DNA from: Ginglymostoma cirratum
Taxonomy: Eukaryota
Assembly (NCBI GenBank): GCA_024137785.1
Contig: JAHRHZ010000041.1
Location: forward strand, 5,407,052 to 5,471,051
Direction: 5' to 3'
Length of the DNA: 64,000 nucleotides
The notes beneath the pieces were generated by a model. The model saw nothing but the letters and a program-made list of their open reading frames with translations. It searched no databases and was not told the DNA's origin. Of the stretch, positions 39,004-53,125 are shown piece by piece; positions within the stretch are counted from its first letter, which is position 1; each line of letters opens with the position of its first letter. The translations under genes were made by a program, and so were the position numbers.

Positions 39004-39579
39004 GTACAAAGATCAATGTGGTGCCAGCTCCCCGAAAGAGGCAGCAGGTTATAGAAGAGTCTGAGTGACAGTGAGGGGGTCACACTATCGATGAAGTTGA
39101 AAAGTTGTATGACAATTTCCCGTGACACCTTGGCGTGTGAACGCTGTACAAGTCTGTAAGAGTAAAGGACGGGAATTGCCATGCAGCCCCTTCAGCGTGC
39201 TCAATAGAATCACAGCTGATCCGATATTCCTCACATCCACTATAAAGTGTGCTGAACTTGAACAGGCTGTTGATTTGAGTAGGCTGTCTTTGCAAGCCAG
39301 TTCGCCAGCCTACTTCTTCAGAATTATCTCACCGACTTATTAATTATTCTTCGTTTTTGGATCCCTTTGAATTTCCTGGTAACCAGCAGGATCTTATTAA
39401 GCCCCTTTTTATTGTCTGCCTGGCTGTTACTGCCCAATGAGTAAGTGGCCTCTTTGCTTCTCTTGCCAAAGGGACCACCTCACTTTGATGAAATTTGTCT
39501 GTTATGATGTCCAGTGTACAATTCTGAAAACCATTCAGAACAATTGAACACTGAAGTAGTCTGTGTCCATATACAGCTC

Positions 39580-40230
39580 AATCCTGGACAATATCCAGGC
39601 TTGATAATTGACAGGTGCCCTTCCCACCACATGAAAGTGGTGCCATATAAACACAGTGGCTATAAGAGCAGTTCAGAAGCTAGGAATCCTGCAGCGAGTA
39701 GCTCCCCTCCAGGCTCCCTAAACCTGTCTACAATCTTGAAGACGCAAGTCAGGAATGTGGTGGAATATTCTCCATTTGCCTGGATCAGTGCAGCTCCAAC
39801 ACAGTCAAGAAGCTTGATACCATCCTGCACAGAGCAGCCTGCTTGATTGGTGCCTCAACCACCAAGTTCAACATTGACTCCCTCTGCGGTAAATATTCAG
39901 TCGTAGCAGCAGCATGTACCATTTGTAAGATGCATAGCAGCAGCTCAAGTTTCCTTCAGCGGCATCTTCTAAACCCATGACCACTTCCACCCAGAAGGAC
40001 AAGGGCACCAGATACATGGGAGCAACCACGAGCTCAAGCTCCCCTCTGAGCTACTCCCCATATTGCTGTTCCTTCACTGTTGCTGAGTCAAACTCCCTCC
40101 CTCCCTGAAGGTATCTACATCACAGGCAGTGCTTCAGGAAAACAGCTCAGTGCCACCTACTCCAGGGCAACTAGGGATGGGGCAATAATTACTGGCTCAG
40201 CCAGTGATGCCCACATCCCATGAATGAATT
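39580..40230 (+). mobile_element. Non-LTR retrotransposon 3' fragment (same family as 58020-58940)
   Basis: LSTILKTQVRNVVEYSPFAWISAAPT and the tail gccagtgatgcccacatcccatgaatgaat. Confidence 0.8.
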
Positions 40231-40437
40231 TTAAACGCAGTTACAATGGGATTAAGTTGCTGATGAACTTTTAAGTGAATTATGTGGAATGGAGGCTGGT
40301 AATTGGTTTTAATGAATGGCGTGGCCAGTTCAGGGGGAGAGAGGGCTCTGGTTGATCTCTCCTGCCTGTGAGCAGCTGTAGATGATACTGACATCGTGTT
40401 ATTTTTTGTGATGATTCTGTCAGATGAAATCTGGTGA

Positions 40438-40707
<270 letters not shown>

Positions 40708-42429
40708 TAAATCATAGTTCCATGCAAAATAGATAAAAGTCCACTCCATTTAATGAGCCACATTTTCATTGGTTACCCGGGAGTTTTGGAGCTGGTGAGC
40801 TGTTAGACTCTTCAGCCTGTACTCTGTGCTCATCCTGGTGATGTGAACAGCTTCACTCCCTTTCTCCTTAGCCTGGAAGAGAAACAGCCACAGTCCCTGC
40901 TCCTGATCTCTATCTGCTCTCTGATCAGTTGCTGCACCTCCACTTTCACCACACACTTTTGTCCCACCTAACCAACCCCACTTTGCATGTTCCTCTTCTC
41001 TTTATCCTCACTTCTTACTCTTTTTTTCCTTCCCTGTCCCACCTGACTCTCCTTTCTTCTCCTCCTCTTCTCCCTTCTCCCACTCCCTTGCACCGCTCTG
41101 TGTAACTCTCTCTCTCTCTCTGCCCACTGCATTGTGCTGACTCTTTTACACAGACTTTTCCTGCCACCTAGTGGCCACATCAATTATGGAACAAGAGCGA
41201 GCAATTCAGGGGAAAATATTAATTTTAAATCAGGTGAATGAAACTGGAGGGGAGAGCAAACTAATCTTGCTGTAATATCGGGAGAGAAGGAATGACAGGC
41301 AGGAGAGACCAGTGTGTGAAAATTTTTATGATGGTATGGGATCTTTAAACTGAAAGAATGTCCTTGTGTTTAGAAACAGAAGCAAAGGTTGGAGCACCAG
41401 TGTTACATTGTACAGTCAACCAATCTCAAAGTCTACTAATTGCTCGCCCAGCAATGAAGAAACATTTGCTTAGAAACTTGTCAGCAAATTAAAATTGGAA
41501 ACCTCACTCAGTACCTGTACTCGACTCATGGTCCTGCTTGTTACCTCCTTGACCATCTCCCTGCTAACCCCCTCACTGCCCCACTCCCTCACTGCTCACC
41601 AGTCTCTGTGAGTGAGAGAATGGATAGGGAGTGGCAGGAGGTTGGAAAGGGGCTGGGAGCAGGGCCGCCGGTGGACTGACCAGGGAATCATCTTCCCAGG
41701 ATTTGAATGGAGTTGATTGGAAATGTTACTGGGTGCTACACATGAAGCTATCCTCACAGCACTCCATGTTAACCATGGTCCAGTTCTTTGATGCAGGCAG
41801 TCACCTGTGCTCCCTTGGACCCTGAACCCTGTATAGGTTAGTCAGTGCACAGCTTGTCCATTGAGGTGACAGAGTGAGTAAAATAAGTGTTGGTCCTCCA
41901 GAGAGTGAGCATGGAATGTTAATACAGTAAACTTCATTTTAACCAGCACCTTATGAACCCGTACTCTTGACAGACTGACCAAAATTATGTACCCAAAATA
42001 CCGTAAATTTACTTTATTTTCACAAACTCTGCAATATCTGAGTCGTCAGTTGATGGTGCAAGTGACAAGGTTCTCTGCCAATAAGTTCTATTTAAGACAA
42101 AGTTGCATTATTATTTAATTTATGTTATTAAAAAGGTATAACAGTGATGTGTATGCACCCTGCATTAAGTTTCTATTACTTAGTGTGTTTTTTTTTGTGT
42201 TGATTGTATGGACCTCCTGATTATCCAGAATATTTGATCAACTGGCACATTCCTAGTCCCATAGCTGCCAGTTAAGAAAAGGTTTGCTGTAGTTAATTTT
42301 GTTTTTAATTGACTCATGGGGCTTGAGCATCACTAACTGGGCCAGCATTTGATGGCCATCCCCAGTTGCCCTTGAGAAAGTGATGGTGAGCTGCCTTCTT
42401 GAACCGGCTGCTGCTGATAAGAAAATGGC

Positions 42430-44515
42430 AGATGAAATTGACAAATTTTTTTTGCTTCTGTCTTCGCTGTCAAGGATATAAAATACGTTTCAGTCTTAGC
42501 TGTAAATCGGGAAGTGGAAGGGAAAGAGGAACTTAATATTGCTTCCCTCCTGATTGTAACGTCACCTAAATGAACTTGGGGAGCTGTGGGCTGCTGAGCC
42601 TTTGGATTGTGATAGACTTCATCCTAGGGCCTTCGAGGGTTGCTAATGAAGAAGTGGATGGTGCTAATTTTTGAAAATTCCCTCAATTCAGGAAGGGTTC
42701 CATCAGACTGAAAAGCCACAAAAATAACCTTTTCTATACAAGAAGTAAGACAACAGAAAACAGCAGCTTCGGGCTGATCTGTCAAGGCTAAAGTTGTATC
42801 ATTAGATGTTATAACTACACACTTTTAGAAAAATTCAAGGTAATTGGGAAGAGTCAGCATGGCTTTGTGAAATGGAGGCTGTCATGTTTAAAAACCTGAT
42901 TAGTATGCTTTTGGAGGAGTGACATGTGCTATGGATAATGGGACCATGTAGATATAGAATTCCGAAAGTATGGAAGCAGGCCATTCAGCCCATACTCAAA
43001 AGAGCATCCCACCCAGACCCATTCCCTTCCCTATCACATTGCATTTTCCACGGGTAATCCACTTAGTTTCCACATTCTGGGTGTTGTGGGGCAAGTTAGC
43101 ATGGCCAATCCACCTAACCTGCACATCTTTGGACTGTGGGAGGAAACCAGAGCACCCGGAGGAATTGCACACAGACACGAGGAGAATGTGCAAACTCCAC
43201 GCAGACAGTTACCCAAGGCTGATTCAAACCTGGGTCGCTGGTGCTGTGAGACAACAGTGCTAACCACTGAGCCACCATGCCATCTCTGTAGTGTAATTGG
43301 ATTTTCAGAAAGCATCTGTGAAAGTGCCCCATCAAACGTTACTGTGGGAAATAAAGCAGCTGGACAGAGTGGACTTGTCTCCACAGGAGTTTAGAAGACC
43401 GTGGGGGTGCCTTGATTGAAGTGCATAAGATCCTGAAAGATCTTGACCAAATGGTCATAGAAAGGATCTTTCCTCTTGTGGGCTAGCTGAGAATGAGGGG
43501 CAATGCTTTAAAATTAGAAGTGTGGGGTAATATATTCACATGGGTGAAAGATTCTATGGCTGGTAAAATATCAGTAGTGCATCATATGGCAAGATATGAC
43601 AAATGGAGTTCCATAGGGATCTGTGCTACATTTTACAAGTTACATCAATGGCTTTGTTGAGGGGAGTGAAGACATGGTAGCTAAATTCAGTGTCAACACC
43701 AAGACAAATAGGAAAGTATGTTGTGAAGAAGACACAAGGAGTTTGCACAACTAGGTAGATAGTGTGAGTGAGTTGGCAAAGATCTGGCAGATGGAGTATA
43801 ATGTGGAAAAATGTGAAGCTGCTCACTTTGGTAGAATGAATGAAGAAGCTGTGTATTACTTAAATTGAGAAGAATGGGATTCTGAGGTGGAGTGCCAAAA
43901 CATTTAGTTTGCAACCAGGTATGTAATCGAGTAGGCTAATAGGACACCGCTCTTTGTGAGCGATTGAATGTGAAAGTAAAAATGTTATACTTCAGTTATA
44001 CAGAGTGGTGGAGAGGCTATGTCTCGAATACTGTGTCCAGTTTTTGTTCCTTCATTTATGTAAGGTTGTAAATGTGTTGGAGACTTTACTAGATCAAAAC
44101 TTGGAATTGTCCTAGGAGGAGCAGTTGGACAGACTGAACTTGTCTCCACAGGAGTTTAGAAGACCGTGGGGGTGCCTTGATTGAAATGCATAAGATCCTG
44201 AAAGATCTTGACCAAATGGTCATAAAAAGAATCTTTCCTCTTGTGGGCTAGCTGAGAATGAGGGGCAATGCTTTAAAATTAGAGGTTTCCCTTTTTAGGA
44301 CAGGGTTAGGGAGATTTTTGTTTTGGAGGGGAGTGCAACTTTAGTTGCAAGTTCCTCTGTTTGAGGGTGAGCTGGTTTTAATATATTTAAGGTGTTGTTA
44401 AATAGATTTTTAGGTTCTTGGGCACAGATGGGAATGTGAAATTTGAAATACAAACACATCAGCCATGGCCTTATTGACTGAGCAGGCTTGAGGAGTGGAA
44501 TGGTCTACTTCTGTT
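42430..44515 (+). mobile_element. Long degenerate CR1-type LINE interrupted by an HE1 SINE (about 42955-43282, -)
   Basis: Eroded RT motifs (agtcagcatggctttgtgaa, tggcagatggagtataatgtggaaaaatgtga, gaatactgtgtccagtttt). Confidence 0.8.
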
Positions 44516-44860
44516 CTTTTGTAAATGCACCCAAATATAAAGGACTTCTATTATGTCCCCTTTGGTCTTCTCTCTTTATGGGATAAAGTGACCAAGTCTG
44601 TTCAAATGTCCCTGAGAGCTGTAAAGTCTTTGATCTGGTAATTATCCCTGTAGGTTTTTGTTGTACCTTCACCTGTGTGTCTTTACAAAATGCAACCAAG
44701 TTTTGATACAAGTTTAACGGAACTTCTCTACTTTGAAGTGTTGCTTCCACGGAAGTGAACCCCATTGTTTGGTTAAATATTTTAAATGGTTGTCTTAAAA
44801 GTAACAACGGAAATTCACATATGTAAACATTGCATTTGTTTTTGTGTTTCTGTTTTACAG

Positions 44861-44872
44861 ATGCAGGAGTGA
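44861..44872 (+). CDS. TMPRSS4: TMPRSS4-like terminal exon 13 coding part (MQE*)
   Basis: Long pyrimidine tract ...tgttttacag|ATG CAG GAG TGA in phase 0, followed by unique UTR-like sequence. Human TMPRSS4 also ends with a few residues in a final exon. Confidence 0.8.
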   Translation: MQE

Positions 44873-47197
44873 GAACAAGAGGTGTGGGGACAGAAGTCCA
44901 CTTTGTACCTCGACCTGGTTTCCTGAATTTGTGGGAGACCATTACTCTATGCACTTTATTGAAGATTTTTAAGGGATGCAATGATTTGACTTTGAATTAC
45001 TCCTTTGTCTTGCCTTTGCTCAGTCCAAAATGCAAGAACGCAAAACTCTCAGACACCAACTGCCTCATGATCCTCTACAAGGGAGTTCAGACATGAGGTT
45101 TGGGCAAATGACAGAAATTTGTAGTAACGTTTTATTTTTTTTTAAATTATGTGAACTGTATCAATTTTGAGATTGTAAACCATCCCATTGTGCACTGTTC
45201 TGTGTTCTCAATATCGAAAAGTCTGAAAATACAATGGAAAGAATGGGATTTGTTAACTTATCTTCCAGGGAGCAACTAACGTTGTTGTTGATTTATTCTA
45301 AATACCTCCTGGTGGGTCAAACCTCCACATTTCTAAATGCCTTGCCACCAAAAAATAATTTAATCTTTTGATTGAAAATGACTGGACAACTAGAAGTTTT
45401 ACAAATTCTTTCTGATTCACAAATTGAGGTTTGAAGTAGTCAATATGATGGCCAGATTTTTGCACAGCAGGTTCCAGGTTGTCCTACTGATACTCTTTAA
45501 AGGAAAGTTTGAGTAGGATGTACTTGAAGACCAGTGCCTTGTTTTTAATATAGCTTTATTATCTTACATCGTGACTTTTTAATGTTTATGAAACACACGT
45601 TTTAATACTTGTTAGAAAAGCTTTGAAAGCATTGATGATGAGGGATTGGGGGTGTTCAAGTGTATGGAAAAAGCTACTTGCTACTTGGGTCGATCTTTCT
45701 AGGAGATCGTCACCCCTATCCCCTTGAATTTGAGAGCGGACCCAACATAATGAAAAGGGCTATTTTGTGTGTTTTGATGCAGACAAAGAATACTAGTGTT
45801 TGGAAATGGCACCCTATCCCCTTGTTGACATTGATAAGAGCCACCCTGGATTGGAGACTAATGCTCAAGTCTTGTTCTCTGTCCCCTTCCATAAAATAGT
45901 CTTCCAGGTGCAGTTGTGCTGAATGCAAAATGGAACACCCTTCGCGCTGCCCAGCATAAAGACTAATTCTACAGCAACAAGCCACGGTCATTGATTTGAT
46001 TAATTTTTGGGTGAGATTGAAGTGGAGTGGGAGTGCCAAGGGACGAGTAGATTTTTGTGGAGACTGGCAAAAGCCACAGTGAAGGGATGGATTTCAATAA
46101 GACTTCTAAAAGTGACTGCCAGAGAGAAAATGGTCCTGTGTGGTCATATTGATAAAGGCCGTGAGCATAATCCTGGTGAAGCCAGAGGGTCCATCTGAAT
46201 CTTAATGCTTTTAATCCAATGAATATTGGCCTGTGTATGGTATGTCATTTCATGGCTATTTCCATAATGCTTCATTCAGTAAAATGCAGAGCCTATTTTA
46301 AAAAGGAGCTTTTGATTTAAAGATATTTACTTGAATCAGGGTCAACTCTTCCTCACGATTGAGGCAAAGCTGAGGAGTGTTTTTATGAACTTGTACACTA
46401 ACTCGAGGAGGAGAGAAACTGGTTGAAAATAGGGGGCCCTTAGTGACTTAGTGTGGGAAGTGCACTGCTTGGTCTGATACCTGTCTGCGTTAGCCAGATC
46501 CCTGATTTCATCCGTGGATTCTACGGCATTGAGTGGCACAGCCACATCTCGGTGAGAAGGAAGTGGTTATATTTGATTTGAAAGTCTTTGGTCGGACGTG
46601 GCTATAACAAATCATCCAGCGGTCCTGTCTCTCACTTTCCAGTGTCTCCTGCTTGGCAGTGCATGCACTGGTAAGTCCAAGGCTGGGCTATGATCCATTT
46701 TCTCCCTCAGCCCTTTGTGTCTCCTCATCAATATCCTGAAGAGTGTCACTGTCTAAAACCTGTACGTGATGGAAAGGGAATTATGTGGGGGCTGAGGGAG
46801 TTGCCATCGGGTGCACATAAATCCATTCTCCAGTGAGAGAGCTGGTTCCTTTTCGTTGACTGGGGAGTGGGTGTTAAAGACTCAGTGTATTTTTCTGTAT
46901 ACAACAAATGTTCATTCAACCTGTTGATCAGAGGTGACATTTTCCGTTTGGAAGCCAACCGGGTTAGTTCCCATCTGTAATTTCTGTTTGGTCCATCTTT
47001 ATGGTACTGATCCTAGTGCTAAGCTCTTCCAAAGACAAAGGTGAATGCTGCTTTGTCTCACTGTCTCAATGCCACATCCCCCTCAAGTGACTATGGCTTT
47101 GATCTTGAATGTTTGCACCAAATTGCATGTCAATTCTATTTTTTTTTGGTTCGGTTTTTTTGATATCTTTGTACCTGAATATTCGGATTCATTTTTA

Positions 47198-47203
47198 AAT
47201 AAA
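47198..47203 (+). promoter_or_regulatory. Probable TMPRSS4 polyadenylation signal (3' UTR about 44873..47220)
   Basis: AATAAA with a U-rich region upstream and a GU-rich tract (tgctgttgtgtatgtg) about 20 nt downstream. Confidence 0.6.
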
Positions 47204-47904
47204 TAATTGACTATTTTTCAATGCTGTTGTGTATGTGACATGTCTGAGTTATATAAAAGGTAGGAAATGTTCATCTTGCGCAGTAAACCCTTGTCTGTAT
47301 ACAGATGGGGATAGGGGATAGGGGTGAGGGGTAGAGAATCAGCTTAGTCAGACCACCCCTATTCCCTCCTCCGCCGCCACTTCCATTTCTTCTCCCCTCC
47401 CCCACCAGAAGGAAAATTCCAGTGCCTCCCTTCAGCTTCATACTGGGGAAAGGTGAGCTGCATTTTTGTGTTGGAAACTTGGTAACGCAATACATTAATG
47501 TTCCAATAAAAACAAAGTGTAGGAAACTCTCAGTGGGTCTGGCAGCATCTGTGAACAGAGCAAATGTTTCAGGTCTATCTGTTGTTGCTCAGTAACAGTC
47601 TCACCTCCCTGAGATCAGATACTTTCCGAAACAACTTGTTCAGAGATGTTATGACATACCTCTGGAGCAGTGGGACTTCCATCCAGCTTAGAGGTAGAAA
47701 CACTAACACTCTGCCACAAGAGTCCTAATGCTACAGTCAGACTCCAACTAATGTGCCTATCCATTAGCCTCTGGGTTATTGACAGAATGCGAGTGGCATG
47801 ACCACTACTCCACCATCACTTGGTGTCCTCTTGAGGAGGTAGGTTGTGGTGCTTAAGATGTCACAGGTAGAAAACGTTAGACAAAGGCCTAGTTTGCCTT
47901 CCTA

Positions 47905-48185
47905 GTTCTTAGAACCCGTATATTGCGGAAGCAGGCCATTTGGCCGATTGAGTACACAATGACCCTCCAAAGAGCATTCCACCCAGACCTGCCCTCCCAT
48001 GCCCTATTCCTGTAACCCTGCATTTCCCCCCCACCCACACATCTTTGGACTGTAGGAGGAAACCCGCACAGACACAGGGAGAATGTGTAAACTCCACATG
48101 GACGGTCGCCTGGGGCTGGAATTGAATCTGGGTGCCTGGCGCTGTGAGGCAACAGTGTTAACTACTGAGCCACTGTGCCGCCCTG
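47905..48185 (-). mobile_element. HE1-type V-SINE, internally deleted
   Basis: Reverse head and V-domain are visible. Confidence 0.85.
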
Positions 48186-51100
48186 CTTGGGTGTAAAATA
48201 ATCTCATAGCACTATTTGCAACAAAGGCTGAGGTGTTCTTCCCCTCCCACCCCAGTGACTAGGGATTGAACTGTGTGGTGATGGTGTCCTGACTGGTTTT
48301 TGCATCGCAACAGACAAAGGCTCCACCCATTTTTTTTGGAAGAGTGACCATTCACTGATGTTCTGGAAGTCTGCCAAGCCCAATCTGGGTTACATATGAC
48401 TCCAGGCTTGCGGCAATGTGGTTGACAACCCCCTGAAATTGCCCAACTAGCCACTCGGCTGACTCAGAGAAACCTAGAAATGCTGGCATCGACGTTGATA
48501 CCTATTTCCTTTTATTGAATTTTGTTTAAAAAAAATCAAAGAAATAAAGCGTTGGTTTCCCCATCCATTGATCGAAGGACAAGGAGAAATGCAAAGAGCC
48601 TGTGGTAATTGCTGACTGGGGAAAAGAATGAGACAAGGGCATATACAACAGGGTTAGATTGAAATGTTTTTATTTTAATTTGTGGGGGATCTTCTTTTCG
48701 GTATAAAATAAATCTATTACCAGCATACAAAAATTAAATAGAATCTAGTATGTCAATCCTTTACACATTGGCAACACATGCATAGTTTATATTTGGCATC
48801 TAAATCAAAAAGAAAAGACAATGCAATTTTCATCATCAGAGTTTGAGAGACACAGATTCTGCCCTGCTACCTTCTGAACCAAAGTGTACCTCCTGTAGTC
48901 TGACAGTCACCAGAGAAAAGGGACATCATCATCCCATGTCATGGTGTGATGAAGTTGGGTCATTCCTCAATCAGTAAAGATAGCCATTCAAACTCAGGCA
49001 GTGACCTGTTGTTTTGAGCTTCATTTAATGCCTTTAAAAGTCAATGTTATTTTGAATTGGCTTCCTTCAAGAAAACCCTGAGTAATGTAAAGTTCATCAC
49101 CAGCTCCCCTTTATAAATAGTGAGGTATATCCTTTGTCACAGTTTTATCTTTTGACTTGCCCGTCCAACAGCTCTGTCTGGGTGGGACTTCAGTCTGATT
49201 GGACATCATGTCTTGATCGACAGTTCCAAAAGGTTGGGGGGGCAGGGGTGGGGGACTCTCATTCATAAAACTCACCCACAGGGAAGCTGAGTGTTTTCTC
49301 TAGATCTACATAGGAAGGTAGTTAAATAATTGAGTGGTGAAGCTGTAAAACACAAAGCCAAGGTGCATGCTGCATTTTGTACATGTCTCCAATATTTTGT
49401 GATTAGAACCTGGTAAAATACCATAATCCCAACCTCCACCCACTCTATTTGATAGAAGGAACTCTACAAACACTTGGAGTAAGATTTCCCTTTCAAAAAT
49501 ATTATTTTTTTTTAAAGAAAAGTCACCTTCTACTTCATCCTGAAATGTGCAGCAATGCAGTGGCCTGTGGAGACTGCCCAACTGGACAACCCAGGGTTTA
49601 AGAATTCTGTCGATTACAGTCTAGCATGCAGCAGGCTGTGCAGTACTCCTGCCACGTGCTCGCTACCTGGGCCAGTGGTACAGCCAATCCATTTCCTTTA
49701 TGGAACCACAGGTTGACTTGACTGGAGCAGTTGGGGTCTCTGGTGATGGACTTGAATCACTCACCTTTGGGTGCCTGATGATGCATGCAGGGTTTGCTAG
49801 GACACCCCTGGGTTTAAGAAACCTCCAGAAGGTAGCTGATCACAGAGTCTGTGGATATTGCATAAACTCTTGCTGTTTCTTTCATAATGCCCAATTTCTT
49901 GAGCACACTGTGATTTGACATCTTACATGCATAACATCTTAAGAACGATAGTGAGGTAACTGGCATCACAGTATTACTCAATCTAGTGACATCAGTGCAA
50001 ATACTAATAACATTGTGGGTGTGCATTCAGTAGTGTCAAGAAGCATCTTAAATTCCATGCAATCACCAGGATGAGAAATATTTTCCCTGGCTTTAGAGCA
50101 TTAGTCTATTCACCACTCACCACCTCCACATTAGTTAGCCTTGTACTGATCAGAAGAGATCATGACTTAAAAGTCATTTTCTCCTTGGACATGAGGTTAA
50201 TGCAGCATTCTCAAGTTCAAGTCTCATCAACCACGAGCTCAGCCAGAATAATTGTAACTGGCATCATTGTAGGTCCTTGAGAACATCTCACGCCTTCTTG
50301 TTTTAGCGACTCAATCTGTGCATCATGAGTCTAGGACCCAGTGCATTTCATTAATTGGTGATGAGAGACCAAGGCTACCTCTTAGCATCTTGCTGTTGTG
50401 CCACAGCCTCTCAAAATTGAGCTAAATCTCAACACGCGAGATGTGGAACAGGTTCAGATAGGTTCCGGAAACAGAAGGACTAGGTCTAACCAACAATAGA
50501 ATTCAATTCCTCTCTCTCATCTCCATAGTGTAAGCAGGCCTTTTATTGAAGATGTCAAGGATGCTTCTCAAAGACACCACACTGTTACACTGGGGTGTTG
50601 TGATGAACCATTTCTTGGGAGGTTCCTGTTTTGAGTCCAATGTTGTACCGATCCCCTACTCTGTCAGGTATTGGGCTCTCCTATATCTAACCAGCCAACC
50701 CAGAGGGCAGTCATGATTTTTTAAGATGCTTCCTGCTCACACCAGTGTGCAAATTCATTTGGCTGACCAAAATCAGATCTAAATTTAGACCGAAGTCGGC
50801 AGTTTTGGACGTGGGTTTGCAACTGAATCCTGGCAAGAGCTGATGAGCCTGAGAGAAGAACAGGATTTTGGGGGAAAACTAACTCGCTGGGTGGGGAATC
50901 CACAGGATCACACAGAGCTAAATCTACATTCCATCCAATGGGAGCAGGTTCACTCCCTCCTGCCCATATGGGATTGGGTGCAATGTTGGTTTTATATCGT
51001 CCAGATTTTACTCTACCTCAAAGCCAATATGTAAAAAACAAAGCTCTCTCTGACCACAGTCTGCAGTTAAAATTGTTCTCTTTGGATCCAAGTTTTCCAA

Positions 51101-51897
51101 TTTTGAGCAATGCATTGATAGTGACTATAATCATTACAGACTATGTTTAAGCAAAACTGTGTGAGGTTTGATAGATGAGGCGTCTTTCGGAACTTAGACA
51201 CTGATTATTGAAGGAATATCTTTCCGAGATACTCTGAGAATGACCAGCCTCACTATTACATACTGATATTCTAAGGGATTGCGTAGCAGATGCTTGTTGC
51301 TATGACACCAATTGTAAGTGGTATCGTGGCTTATTTGCCTGAAGGGTGCTTTTGGTAGATCAAGCAATGACATCATCATTCTACGAGGGCAGTAAGTTAA
51401 TGAGACTCTGCCTCTCATTTATTCATAATAAGCAAATGGAATTGAGGGGAGCCAATTGCAAGGGACAATGCCTTGTGGGGGTGCGGTGGAATTTACAATG
51501 AGTGATGATACAGTGATGTAATATCAGTGGCTTCTGATGGATGCATCAGTGCTCACCTTCAGGTTTTATCAGGTCTTTCACTGAGGCCCCTTTACCACCT
51601 ACGAGATGCATGGAAGGATCCACACATACACAAGGAGCAGAGACCCTGGTGCAAATGGTTAAGAGGAAAGCTGTTCCTGGGTAATAATGCCAATATAATG
51701 GACATTCACTGGCAGGAAGTGCCACTGGTGGGTTTCACCCAGCTGTGGAGAGGGATGCAGACCCAAGGTTTGAGTGGCAGTAAGTGGAAGCGAGCTGGGA
51801 AGAAGGGAATGCTGACTGATTTTGTCTAAAGGATGATTTGGGAACAGCAAAGACTCTACAATCAAAGCTGAAAACTGCAGGTAAAATGATAGCGGTT

Positions 51898-52520
51898 CTA
51901 GAGATAACGAGGTGTGGGGCTGGATGAACACAGCAGGCCAAGCAGCATCATAGGAGCAGGAAAGCTTAACTTTTCAGTCCTAGACCCTTCATCAGAAATG
52001 GGGGAGGGGAAGAGGGTTCTGAAATAAATAGGGAGAGAGGGGGAGGCGGATAGAGGATGGATAGAGGAGAGGATAGGTGGAGAGGAAGCAGACAAGTCGA
52101 AGAGGCGGGGATGGAGCCAGTAAAGGTGAGTGGAGGTGGGGTGGTAGGGAGGAGATAGGTCAGTCCAGGGAGGATGGACAGGTCAAGGGGGCTGGATGAG
52201 GTTAGTAGATAGGAGATGGGGGTGGGGCTTGAGGTGGGAGGAGGAGATAGGCGAGAGGAAAAACAGGTTAGGGAGGTGGGGATGAGCTGGGCTGGTTTTG
52301 GGATGCGGTTGGGGGAGGGGAGATTTTGAAGCTTGTGAAATCCACATTGATACCATTGGGCTGCAGGGTTCCCAGGCTGAATATGATTTGCTGTTCCTGC
52401 AGCCTTCACTGTGGCATTGCAGGAGGCCCAGGATGGACATGTCGTCTGAGGAATGGGAGGGGGAGTTGAAATGGTTTGCGACTGGGAGGTGCAGTTGGGC
52501 CACCTGGAGGCAGCTCTCCA
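51898..52520 (-). mobile_element. Young Penelope-like element 3' end
   Basis: HLPVANHFNSPSHSSDDMSILGLLQCH (GIY-YIG C-terminal region); terminus nearly identical to the arms at 15352-15807. Confidence 0.88.
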
Positions 52521-52689
52521 AAATCTCTTGGCTAATCTCCACCTGATTGGTAGAGATTGACTGAAACCTATCAGTGACTGAATCAATTGAAGCAATTAAC
52601 TCATGGAAAAATGTTTGATAAATTACATGATGTGAGCATATGATGTGTCACAGTAGCAGCTCATATTGCTATGCTAGAAAGACCAGCCC

Positions 52690-53125
52690 AAAGGAGTTTT
52701 TAGATATTTCCTAATCAACTTGTTCAAAGATGTTATTACACATCTCTGGAGCAGGTAGGACTTGAACCAAGGTCACCTGGTCCAGAGGTAGGGACGCTAC
52801 AACTACACTACAAGAGTCCCAACAAAGATATTTTTATACTTACTAACCTGTTCTGGGATATTATTATGCTCATCTGAAGTAGGTGGGACTTGAACCTGCG
52901 TTGCCTGGCTAAAATGTAGGGACACTAACCCTGCACCACAAGATCCTCCAAATGGGTGTTTTATCATATATCCCTAAGGAGTTTTTAAAAAAATTAACCT
53001 ACTTTTCTAATCAACCTGTTATTACCCACCTTTGAAGTAGATGGGACTTGAACCTGGGCCTCCCGATCCAGGGGTAGGGACACCACATGGCACCACAAGG
53101 CCCTCCAAAGGAGTTTTTATTTATA
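52690..53125 (-). repeat. Tandem trimer of a tRNA-derived short element
   Basis: Three units containing ggacttgaacc...ggtagggac...caccacaag. Monomers also occur at about 9430/9970, 19335, 29030, 47630 and 63065. Confidence 0.8.

Noticed and set aside
51966-52595. 209-aa Pro/Ser-rich ORF
   Set aside because: It is an off-frame reading of a Penelope 3' end.
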